Assembly: GCA_051294375.1 (NCBI GenBank)
Contig: CM119266.1
Coordinates: 6,093,431 to 6,157,430 of the forward strand
Length of the DNA stretch: 64,000 nucleotides
From: Paraspadella gotoi
Lineage: Eukaryota; Animalia; Chaetognatha
Reading direction: 5' to 3'
The position numbers and the translations under genes were made by a program. The notes under the pieces are model-generated. The model saw only the letters and a list, made by a program, of their open reading frames with translations, was not told where the DNA came from and searched no databases. Below, piece after piece: positions 38,337-48,705 of the stretch (position 1 is its first letter; each line of letters opens with the position of its first letter).

Positions 38337-38592
38337 TGTGGCGGTATATTCACACCGCCTCACGTCCACCATCCGTCAGCCAAATCCATTGGCTCAGAGG
38401 GGGAACACACCATCCCAGGCGTAGTGTTCCATCCACAGTCCTAACGACTTCCCTCTGTGTTGGCAAAAGCGAGACCGTCCTAGGGTAACCGCGCCAGTGA
38501 CTGGAGGCGTCACTGAGGGTCGGAAGCCCCCAAAGCCAACAGTGAGATGCCCCATCCCAATGGGCATCACAGGCAACCCGGCTGTTGCCATA
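38337..38592 (+). mobile_element. Family-A solo-LTR-like element
   Basis: Full-length copy, TGTGGC...GCCATA; 4-bp TSD CCGC/CCGC. Confidence 0.88.
38458..38541 (+). ncRNA. Putative twister ribozyme, type P5 (family A)
   Basis: P5 TGTTGGC/GCCAACA; P2' GCG(A), conserved GA, T1 CCG; short P1; T|AA site at 38486/38487; P2 (C)CGC; T2 GC; P3 CAGTGAC/GTCACTG; P4 GGG-T-CGG-AA-GC-CCC. Confidence 0.75.
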
Positions 38593-38983
38593 CCGCCTTG
38601 CTTTTTTGCTTTTTTGAAAAAAATGAGTTTTGACGTTTACAAGCTGTTGTCTAGATTTATTTTGATTTCAGTGATCTCTCTATTCATTTTATATTTTTTT
38701 TAATTATCAGGTTGTCTCCTAAACTTGTACGAGAGTAACTATGACCTGAATAGTTAATAGTATAAATAACACAAGGGTTGACCGGTTTATTTTAAAATAC
38801 AATTTAAAAATTATCGAAAAAACCGATAAATTATTTTTTTTGTCCACAGAAAGGAAAGAATCATTTACAATTTATTATAAAATCATTTAGATACTAAAAT
38901 AATGGATTGAGCGCAGTCAAAAGTACAACCCGAGTAACACAATTTCAAAATATCATTTTTTTCCGCCTCTTGTAATAAAATAT

Positions 38984-40185
38984 TTAAAGAAAAAATATAA
39001 ACAAAAGACTAAGGAGAATTTTCGTGTTTTCGACGGCGGCCGCGAGGTGCGCCACCAGTTTCTCCTTCAGCTGCTTCGACTGTTCTTCCGTGAGAGTCTC
39101 GAATCGGCTCGTCGTCATAGTCGCCGGGAGACGCGACGAGGAAGGCCATGAATGTCTAAATGATAAATAATTAACTAATTATTAATAACAAATACGATGC
39201 GGTTGCACATTGCGTTAACCTTTTCGTGGTGAATTTTTCCTTTGGCGTTTCCCTTTTGTCATAGTCGACTTTCTCTTCTCCGTCGCTCATCTGATAAAAT
39301 ATCAGTGTTCGATTACGAACAACAGTACAATCACCAACTACGTAAACTAATCAAATTACAATTAGTACAATTTAGAACATATCGGTTCTATGATCCCGTT
39401 TACCAGTACATGTAGCGATATCTATCTCGACAGTAAAAGCACAAGTTCGTTCTAATTGTTACATCAAACTTTATTCCACACATCTGTATCCTTATTGTCT
39501 CCACACAATCAATCAATCAATCAATCCACTCCATCATTCCTAAATCATCACATCCGTCATCATCTCCGGCTCACCCCATCGCAGGTTCCCTTTGGCAAAT
39601 TAGTCCTCCACTCGCAGGCGAGGCGTTCCTGATTCCATCCCAACCCCTCGCCGCACTTCATCGGTGAGCCTCTCTTGCCGATGCCGGTGCAGACAAAGTA
39701 GACGTTGCAGTCGGTCGCGGAGCCGAAGAATCCGATGCCGGGACAGGAAAAGTCAGAGAGGGAAGCGGCTTCAAGGTGGGAAGGGGGAGATTATTTCATA
39801 AACTGATGAAGATTAGAAGAGGAATTAAATGAAGATTAGAACAAAATTAAATAAAGATTAGAACAAAATTAGGACGCGGTTTGAGATAATACCAGGATTA
39901 GAATAAAATTACGATTGGCATAGTTTCTGGTTTTTTTGTTTTGTTCTTTTTATGAGATTTTTTTAAATTCTCTCTCCCTGTCTCCTTTTATATGCCTTTC
40001 AGCCATTACCTCCTGTTGCTTTCATCTCTCGCTCTCTATCTCCCTCGATAGCTCTCCCTCACTTTCTCCCTCCCCCACTCACCTTCTCCCCTCGTCATCG
40101 TCGCCAACTTCAAAATCCACATCAAACTCGTCGTCACCGACTTGACAAAATTTCCCGCCGAAACATTTGGTTTTCTAGGATCCAT
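38984..40185 (-). CDS. Small protein with one chitin-binding peritrophin-A (CBM14) domain and a hydrophobic GPI-like C-terminus (~179 aa)
   Basis: Exons 40185-40083, 39768-39575, 39290-39220 and 39155-38984 are phase-consistent. They encode the six-Cys domain FSCPGIGFFGSATDCNVYFVCTGIGKRGSPMKCGEGLGWNQERLACEWRTNLPKGTC and end in ILLSLLFIFFL-stop. Confidence 0.8.
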
Positions 40186-43100
40186 TTCTATTTTTATCGC
40201 CAAGTTCATTTAATTATTAATTGCCATTTATCGCCACCGATTGTCCTCTATTGCCACTCATGAGTCACGCAGAAGATGGAAGATGAAAGAAAAAAAAATC
40301 ACATCCTCTCGGATGTTGACACGAAAACTGGCGAACAAAAAAAAACACGGTTGAGTGTTGTTGTTTTGTTTGTGGTTGACAACGAAAGAGGCTCTGTTGT
40401 TTTGTTGTTTTTTTTATTCTTTCGCCTAAAATTAGAAAATGTTTTTTTCGGGTTTTTTTTCTCTTAATTTTGAGATTTTGGCGAAAGGCAAAGCAAAGGG
40501 AACGTCTGAGTCTGAGAATGTTAAAAAAATTTAATAAAAATTTAAGCATTGATTAAATTAATTTTAACAAATGAACCTTTTTAATATAAAAATGATCTTC
40601 TATTCGAATTTTGATTCAACCTGATTTTAATATTTTTGCTACGCTTTAGTATGCAGGCCAAAAAAAAAACATAGTTGAGAAAAAAATGCTTGACCGGAAC
40701 GGAAAAAACAATGGAAAAGATAAACAAGGTCCAAGGAAGAGCAAACAAAAAACCCCAAAAAAATTTTCGCTGTTGTCAAGTTACATCCGGTATTTTCACG
40801 CGTCCAAAATATGTATGGTCGTCGGCGATACGGAAGCTTTGGTGGCGAGTTTGGGTTTTTAAACTGTTTGGTTGTTTGAAAAGAAACAATGGGAGGATGA
40901 GATCAAGGTCCTTTACTTCTTTACTCATCTTAAAATTATCTATTTAGAATTAGCGGGAAAACCCTGTTGATCTCCCGCACTCAGTTTCGTAACAATTTTA
41001 CATTTTACTAAAAAATTTTTTTTTCGTTTACTCTTTTTTTAGGTATGTACATAAATGTTTCTTTCAGAAAAACACTAAGTATTGATATTTAGTTTCAACA
41101 TTTTCGTTCTTCCCTTGTTTGCTTTATTTTTCTCGACGGAACAAAAAAAGTGGAAGCTCAAAAAAGATTTGTTATTGTGGAATAAAAGACAGAAAGAAGA
41201 CCTAGATTTAGAAAGACATTGATATAAAAAAACAAATTATAAAGAGAAATAAAAAAAAAATGGGTGAAAGAAAAGACAAAAAACAGTTGGGCAGTGAACC
41301 TTTAAGTTTAACTTTAAGCATGAAAAAATATTTAAATTCGTGAGAGAAAAAATACAAGAATCAATATATTAATCATTAATTACTATTGTATTCTTTGCAA
41401 TACAAACTATTTTAAAAAAACATTGTCGAAGTTCAGAATTTTAAAAAAAATAAAACTATTTTCCTTTAATCCAAAAAAAGTTAAAAAAAAGGCAGAGATT
41501 TGTGTCGGTGAAAGTCTGAGCGAAATGTCAGAGACTTGGTTCCATCCGTTGGTTCCATCCAGAGATGCGGAAGAGGAGACGATCACCGATTGCACTTTCC
41601 ACTTACGCCCTCGAAAATATTTTTTTCTCTCTCTCTCTCTCTGGACATTTAAGATTGAGGGTCATCTGGATCATTACATTGCGGTCAATTTAGTTTTTGA
41701 CCTTTTTTTTTCCTACAAAGAAAGAAAACTCAAGTTTTCGTTTTTCCCGGATGTGGTGAAGATAATTATAAAGAAATAAGAAATCCCTTAAAAAAGTCAA
41801 TCTGATTCGAATACAAAATTAACGCTTTTGTCTTAAACCTTGGTTTTCCAACATAGCAAAAAACCCACGCCTTGTTTGAGTTTTGGATTTTCCATTGGTT
41901 GCTGTTAGACATTTTGCTTTTAATTCGTTGCGATTACGTTTAAGTAAGGAAATATAGATATATATATAAGGAAATGAAGAAATGAAAGAAAAAGGATTCA
42001 AAGAAACTAGAGGGCGTATAAAAAAAAAAGTATCAAAGAAACAAAGATGAAAGAGACAAAGAAATAAGAATCTCAGTAAAAAAAAAACGAAGAATGAAAC
42101 GAAGAAAAAGGAAAAAAAGAGAAAGGAAACGAAATGAGAGGGACCGCCCTGTGCAAACTCAGTCGATGCCAAACGACAAATTAAGTTTTGCCTTTTTTTA
42201 CCTTCTGAGTGAATCCAATGCTCAAGTTACTCTTTGCCGAAAAAGTAGTATAAAATATAACTATATAAAAAAAACCTACATTTTCAAAATTTAAAAAAAT
42301 TAACGAGAGAATTTTTTTTTCTGCGGATGTCTTTTAGCCTTCTATTAAAGACTTCTTCGGTCGTCTTGAAATACAAACTAAATCATTTAATTGTAATTGT
42401 TATCGTTATGATTACCATCATTCAGCCTTCATGCGATTCTATTTTAATTTCCAAATAGCTCGGAGTCACGAATAACCTAAATAAACCAATAATTCGCATC
42501 CGGAACGAAATTAAGGACTACCTGAGATTTTTCAACTCGGCGTATACGCCTTATATACATATAAGTGACTCGTACTCAAGCGAACATATTTGCCCTTTTT
42601 TATAACAAATTAAAGGGAATTAGCGCAGATGTAATAAAACTAACTGGCCAGCCACGGAAGAATTAGTCACCAATATTACAAAATCAATCTAATGTAACTA
42701 AAAACCAAAAACGTCAAATAAAAGATAAAGCCGTAATTCCTGATAAAAGGAAATAAAATTGAATGTTTTTTTTACTATCTTCCGTAAGAGTCCATAACAT
42801 ACAGTGTGTCAAAAAATGTAGGAGGGAGACCAAGGATCGAAGAGTCGGCACCGACAACAATCGAGTCACAAAATACTCCATATAAATTCCATAATTCAAA
42901 TGATGAGAGTGAGTTATTCACATTAAGACGCTACAAATTTCAAAAAATTGACAAACTTAAAAAACAATTTCTACTCCGTATGACTTTTTTGTTTTTAAAT
43001 AATGACGAATACCGAGAAAGTCAAGCTTGCGTATGTGCAACGAAGTATTTTCGATTTTTTTTTTAGATGTGTCAGAAACCAAAATACAAAGCAAAAAAAA

Positions 43101-43286
43101 AAGTTGAGAGAGAACTTAAAAAGTAATAACTAGTAAATTCCTGACGAAAAAGAGTCGATGAGACCAAAGGTAAGCACCGAAAAAAAAACCACAGACAATA
43201 ACAAGTTCTACTCATGGCGCGAATCGGTTCAATGTAAAATAAATTATTTTACTAAAACAGTTCATATATATATTACGTTGCATGGA

Positions 43287-45275
43287 TCAATCGTTTGGAT
43301 GTTCAGGGCAAGAGCGATTCACTTCGAACCACCTGTCGATGCAACTGTCACCGAAAAAAGATGAATTTTTCAGTCACAAATATTTAAGGTTTTAAAATAT
43401 TAAATAATAAATAATAAATAATGAAATAGTTAAATATCTAAATTTACCTTTTATGATAAATGCAGAGGCAAGGCAACCGAGCTATGCTATCTCCAGAGTC
43501 CATGTCTTCAAAACAGATCACGCATTCACCGGCTGAGCTGGATAATACATCCTTCTGAAATTTCATTAAATTATGTTTTTAACAAATCGTAAAACGAGCT
43601 CTCTAAACAAAATATATGTTAATATAAACCTCAACCATAATCAGTATCATCGTAGGAAGCTAAATTATAATATAGAATATAGACTTTTTATAAATAAAAA
43701 TTGAGGATGAAACCTAAACCTTAATGGGGTGAAGGGGAAGAAGAAGAAGAAAAAACATATGTAATCCAGAATCAGAGTTTAAAATAGATCTAAAAAGTAA
43801 TAGAGCTGAAAAGTAACTGTAACAACGCAAAACTGATAAAGAACTGACCTGATATGATGACATGACATATAAAATTACAATAGAATTAAAAGTCTCACTT
43901 ACCATTGTAATTTATCCTTGGTTTAGTTAGGCACATGATGAGATGACATTCGATTTCGTCGGGAAGGACAAATTTTGAACAGACGGGACATTTTATACCT
44001 AAAAAATTAGTAAATTATACTGAGAGCGTTTATTCAATTCATGGCATACAATAAAAACGTAGAAAGTTGAACTTTCATTTACGTACATTTAGTATTCAAT
44101 ACAATTAATAATAAAAATTAATGACATTGATTTTTACAGTTGATAGACCGATGAAATTACTTTCCGTCAATAAGTTGTTCATTAAGATATAGTTAACAAT
44201 CCTAATACCTAATACTAATCCTAATACCTAATGCTAATCCTAATACTATTCCTAATACTAATCCTAATACCTAATACTAATCCTAATACTCGTTTACAAC
44301 CAAAGACAATAACACTGTCTACTCCTGAGGATAAAAAATGTTATCCTTTTCTCATTTAAAATAAGAAAGAATTAGTTATATTCGGCTAAAAGAGTTTTTA
44401 AAAACGTCAAACAAAAATATACATAGGATAGGTGAATATAAAATTAAATGTTACGTATACTGCAATATGCAAATACAAATATGGGGAAACAAATACGATG
44501 TTAAAACGGATAGTTGAGATAGAAAGATTAGAGTGTAAATTATCACAGTTATAATATAAAGCTATTATTTCCTTGAAGACAGTAATTATTGTTATGTGTT
44601 AGTGACAGAACCGTTCAATATAAGAAGTCCCTGAGCTTCGGATCAGGCTGTAACACCATGTTACAGGCGGGTTAAGCGCCCCGTCCCTCTCAACTGATAG
44701 GCGGCCACCGGGCTACAACCCCGGACCTTTGGGTTGGGAGGCGAATGACTTGCCTCCGGCACCAATGGCCACTGATGAACGGTTGGTGGATTTTAGTCCA
44801 CCATAGCCTATTAATAAGATCAGACCCTTGAACCTGGTAAGGAGAGGAGGTGGACCGGCAGAGACTGGGCGTGAAAGACGCGGCCGGTCAAGGGTAAGTT
44901 CATTTCCTCCGGAGTGGACGCTTCGCTGGCGGCGGCCTGACCGTAGGCGCCGTCCGCGGAGAGACCTGCAGAATTAGTCGGCGCCGCCGACGCCGCCGTC
45001 GGTGACGCGGCGTCCATTGGCGATGGAAGCCCGTTCCCTTGGGCGCCGGGGATCCCGATCGGGTGACGCCCGTTCTCCACGGCTCCACCGCCGTGGCCGC
45101 TGGGCACGCTGCCCATGCTCCGGGCGCGCGACCGCGCCCCGGACGGTTCGAGTAGCCCGTTAGGTCGCGAGTCATCGTCAAGAACGGGAGCTTCAGAGGC
45201 ACTTTCGTCGAACTGCCCCGAGGCCGGCGATACGATTCTTGCCACGCCAGTATGCGCACTCTGCCTCGCACCCAT
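43287..45275 (-). CDS. ZNRF2: E3 ubiquitin ligase ZNRF1/ZNRF2 family
   Basis: Myristoylation-type start MGARQS, zinc finger KCPVCSKFVLPDEIECHLIMCLTKPRINYN and RING-H2 ECVICFEDMDSGDSIARLPCLCIYHKSCIDRWFEVNRSCPEHPND. Exons 45275-44834, 43998-43903, 43554-43448 and 43344-43287. There is one surplus base at the exon-3 acceptor (see findings). Likely a single co-ortholog of ZNRF1/2. Confidence 0.93.
44574..44805 (-). mobile_element. Family-B solo LTR in ZNRF intron 1, same strand as the gene
   Basis: Full copy; flanks TCCT/GCCT (3 of 4 TSD bases match). Confidence 0.85.
44621..44692 (-). ncRNA. Putative twister ribozyme, type P5 (family B)
   Basis: GAGG-GA-CGG-GGCGCT-TAA-CCC-GC-[CTGTAACA/TGTTACAG]-CCTGA-T-CCG-AA-GC-TCAGG; cleavage between 44674 and 44673. 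Confidence 0.7.
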
Positions 45276-46718
45276 CACGACGCGACCTCGGGTGGGGAAA
45301 TCACGGGACGCATCGATCCGTCGGTCGCGGCGAAGAACACGATTCCTTTTTTCGAACGAAAACGTTTTTGTGCGTAAAAAGACTCATGACCGTATCGTTC
45401 TGTCTCGTTCTCTGTCTGCGTTATAATGCTATGAATAATGACGTCACAAAAAAAGTCTGAGCACGGTCTGAACACGGGATTTCGATGGAGTCGGAGATGA
45501 TCTTTTGTTGGAGGACGAGGGGGAAGAGATTTGGAGGAAGATTAGTTGCGACATCTTTAGAGAAACATATATTTTATTGCGTTTGTTATATACATCATAT
45601 AACACTTGAATAATAGCAAAGCAGTATAAACTATAATTATCGAAGGGCAAGACAATTTTTAAAAAGTACACGATGCCTTAAAATTTAGTGAGTTAATTAC
45701 TTTACGACCGCACGGGCCAAAAGATTCAAATTGATTTTTTTGTAAATATCTTTTCAATCATTTAACTAAAATATTTTTTTTAAATAATAAACTTTTATAT
45801 TCTTGTAACCTTAAACCTAAAACTCAACTTACAATCCGAAAACTGGAAAGGCTCAATCCGAAAAAGCGAAAAAAAAATGCAGCTAATTCGTGATTTTTTC
45901 ATATTTTCACGTATTTTTTTTCCCAAGCAGAGAAAGCTTTTACACCAACAATCAACAATATCATCAAAATAAAATAAGATTTTTGTGACAATTTAAATTG
46001 AACGAATATATTGAAATTAAACTTACGTTTACAACTAACCATTTTGTCCTTTTGTTTCATTAAGCGATAAATTTTAGAATTAAAATCCAAAATGGCCTCC
46101 GGTCTCCGGTCGATAACCTCGTTCTTTCTTTAATTTTCACGCCTTTTTTACGTCAGCCTTTGTGGATTCTTGACGGCGAGGGTGTTTTCTTTCGTAGTAG
46201 TAAATTATAGGCTTCGCCCTACCACTTAAATGTGTGAATCTGTCATATTGGCTTTCAAATTTAATGTTCTTTTTACGTATGCTTAACACGCATGTTATAT
46301 CCGCGTTTGGACTTCAATACGTCGTCACAAGGATTTACTGTTTGTGATATTTTCTGGATTCGTGATTTGTCGTTCGTTGCGATTCATTTCTATCGTCCAA
46401 GCTCAGTATTTTTTGTATATTAATAATTTAATTGGTTTTCGGAATCCTTATTTTTGAATGTTTAAAATAATATCACTGTTGTATTAATTGTTTTAATTTC
46501 GTTGAGTATGCCTTGTATGGTGGACTAAAATCCACCAACCGTTCATCAGCGGCCATTGGTGCCGGAGGCAAGTCATTCGCCTCCCAACCCAAAGGTCCGC
46601 CCACAACACATCAGGCGACATGCCTCAACTTGGTGATGAACTTTCCAACAACAACAATTCACTGAAGAGACGCAACAGACTTCTCCCTACGGGAGGGGGG
46701 GATGTATGGTGGACTAAA

Positions 46719-47115
46719 TGTAAAGTCCAGACGACCGTAACTCAGATGCTCTTTTAATAAAGGAGATATCGACATTCGTCTCTTTCTCTCTTTTGCGGTC
46801 ATTCCAGATTTTGCTCTGAAACGGGACTCTTCTCTAAAATAATAAACGTTTGTGGATGCCTAATGGACACTTAGTGGTTTCTTCATGGATTTGTTTATTT
46901 ATTTACTATTGCTTTGATTAATTAGTATTTCATTATTGTCTGTCTGAATATCTATATGCTTTGATTATTTTATTAAGGTACCATTAAATATCAAGACTCC
47001 AAGTGGATAAGAAACTTTATTATAAACTTTACGGCGCCAGCGGTCCCGGTCTTTAGTCCAGTTTCTCTCCCGACGTCTTCTCCCTCTCCGCTAGGTCGAG
47101 GAGGGGGTTCTTTCA
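46719..47115. mobile_element. Nested solo-LTR-like insertion of a third family inside the family-B 3' LTR
   Basis: TG...CA termini with TSD TAAA (46715-18 and 47116-19); removing it restores TATGGTGGACTAAAATCCACCA. Confidence 0.8.
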
Positions 47116-47198
47116 TAAAATCCACCAACCGTTCATCAGCAGTCATTCGCCTCCCAAACCAAAGGTCCGGGGTTCTAGCCCAGTGGTCGCCTGGCATT

Positions 47199-47270
47199 TA
47201 AGAGGGACGGGGCGCTTAACCCGCCTGTAACATGGTGTTCCAGCCTGATCCGAAGCTCAGGGACTGCTTA
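47199..47270 (+). ncRNA. Putative twister ribozyme, type P5 (family B, 3' LTR)
   Basis: Intact core as in 44621-44692 with one P3 mismatch; cleavage between 47217 and 47218. Confidence 0.68.
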
Positions 47271-47879
47271 TATTGAACGGTTCTGTCACTAACATATAAC
47301 AATAATTAATGTCTCTTCACTTGATTATGTTCTTAATGTACCGCCGGTCCCGCTCGTCCTTTTAAAACTTCTTCCGAAACTAACAGAAAAAAAGAGAAAA
47401 ACTATATATCATCGTCGATCCGCTCCGGCAGACAATTCTTCCCTTAGTAAGCCTTACCATCCAAGTTACCAAAAATAACCGGGATTTACTTGTTAAAACG
47501 TTTACAAGGACATTGGAAAATAATACTGAAAGTGGCAAAACTGTACGCGCTTATGGAAAGGAACGCGTGTGTATTCTCAAAACCCACCAATAACATTTTA
47601 CTTAGCTTCATATTCGTAACATTACATTAGGAAGTAAATTTAATTAATTTTATCTACACACAAAAAAAAAATTTTCTTCCATTTTTTAATCTCTACAGTG
47701 TCAAGTTTTATCGAGTTTTGTAAAAGAGTTAAACTAAAAATACGACCATTGTAATCATAAATAAAAACTGTTATTTTGTAAATATTATTATTATATTTTT
47801 TATAAATTTAGTAATATTTAAATATTCTAATGTTAAATTATTGTATACTTAAGCCGAAACTTAATTTTTAATTTAACTC

Positions 47880-48035
47880 TAATTTACCCTTAATTTACCC
47901 CTAACCCAAACTTACCCCTAACCCAAACTTACCCCTAACCTAAACTTACCCTTACCCCTAACTTACCCTTACCCCTAACTTACCCTTAACTTACCCTAAA
48001 CCCTAACTTACCCCTAACCTTATCTTACCCCTTAC
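47880..48035. repeat. Degenerate telomere-like (CCCTAA/CTTACCC) tract
   Basis: Repeated CTTACCCCTAACC; interstitial. Confidence 0.7.
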
Positions 48036-48705
48036 TTATTTTTAACCTTAATTTATTTTTTTAGTTAACTTACACTTATTCTTAATTTATTCTTTACCAT
48101 AATTTATTGTAACCTTAATTTTTACCCGAATATATATTGGTTGTACCAATTTCATATAACAAAAATAAAAAATATTTTAAAAAAATTATGATATCTGAAT
48201 TCCTTTTTTTTTTTCCAAAACGTTATCCTCTTCCGTTCCTTTTCGTTCTTCTTCTTTTTACCATTAATTCTTTAAAAACCTTGCTCTTCGTTTTCCCATA
48301 GGCCTCCAGAGGGCATTGATCTCTCGGAATGCCCTTTTTACTTATGCTTAACACACATATTCTTGTTATAACTTCAGCAATAACTTTAATATTCGCTTTT
48401 AAAATAGTTTTATATTCCGTATCCCACACTTTTCGTTTAATATCTAGGTCTTTGTTTATGTTTGTTCCCGCAACTCTTGCAAAAACGAAACGAACAATAA
48501 AACACGTGAATTAACGTGAAGAAACAGAATAAACGATTATGGTGACGGCTTGGACATTGCCCGCGTCCGAATCAACACGCCCGTCTCTCGCGACGGAGAG
48601 GCGTTCCTCGTCAAGGTGGCTTCGAACGTAGGCGTGGCGGAAGGCGACCGGCGTCCTTCGTCTTCGTCGGCGACTGAGCGGCGCGGATCCGGCATCTGCG
48701 GAGAA

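Larger units (their letters stand above)
46516..47319 (+). mobile_element. Internally deleted family-B LTR retrotransposon: partial 5' LTR, internal remnant, PPT and interrupted 3' LTR
   Basis: TSD CTTG at 46512-15 and 47320-23; 5' LTR 46516-46599; polypurine tract GGGAGGGGGGGA 46691-46702 just before the second TATGGTGGAC at 46705. Confidence 0.85.

Noticed and set aside
44765-44785. CTGATGA in family B (antisense to the twister) as a hammerhead core
   Set aside because: No stem II-GAAA follows, and the motif is not kept in the 6229 copy.
47880-48035. True telomere
   Set aside because: Degenerate, short and interstitial between genes.
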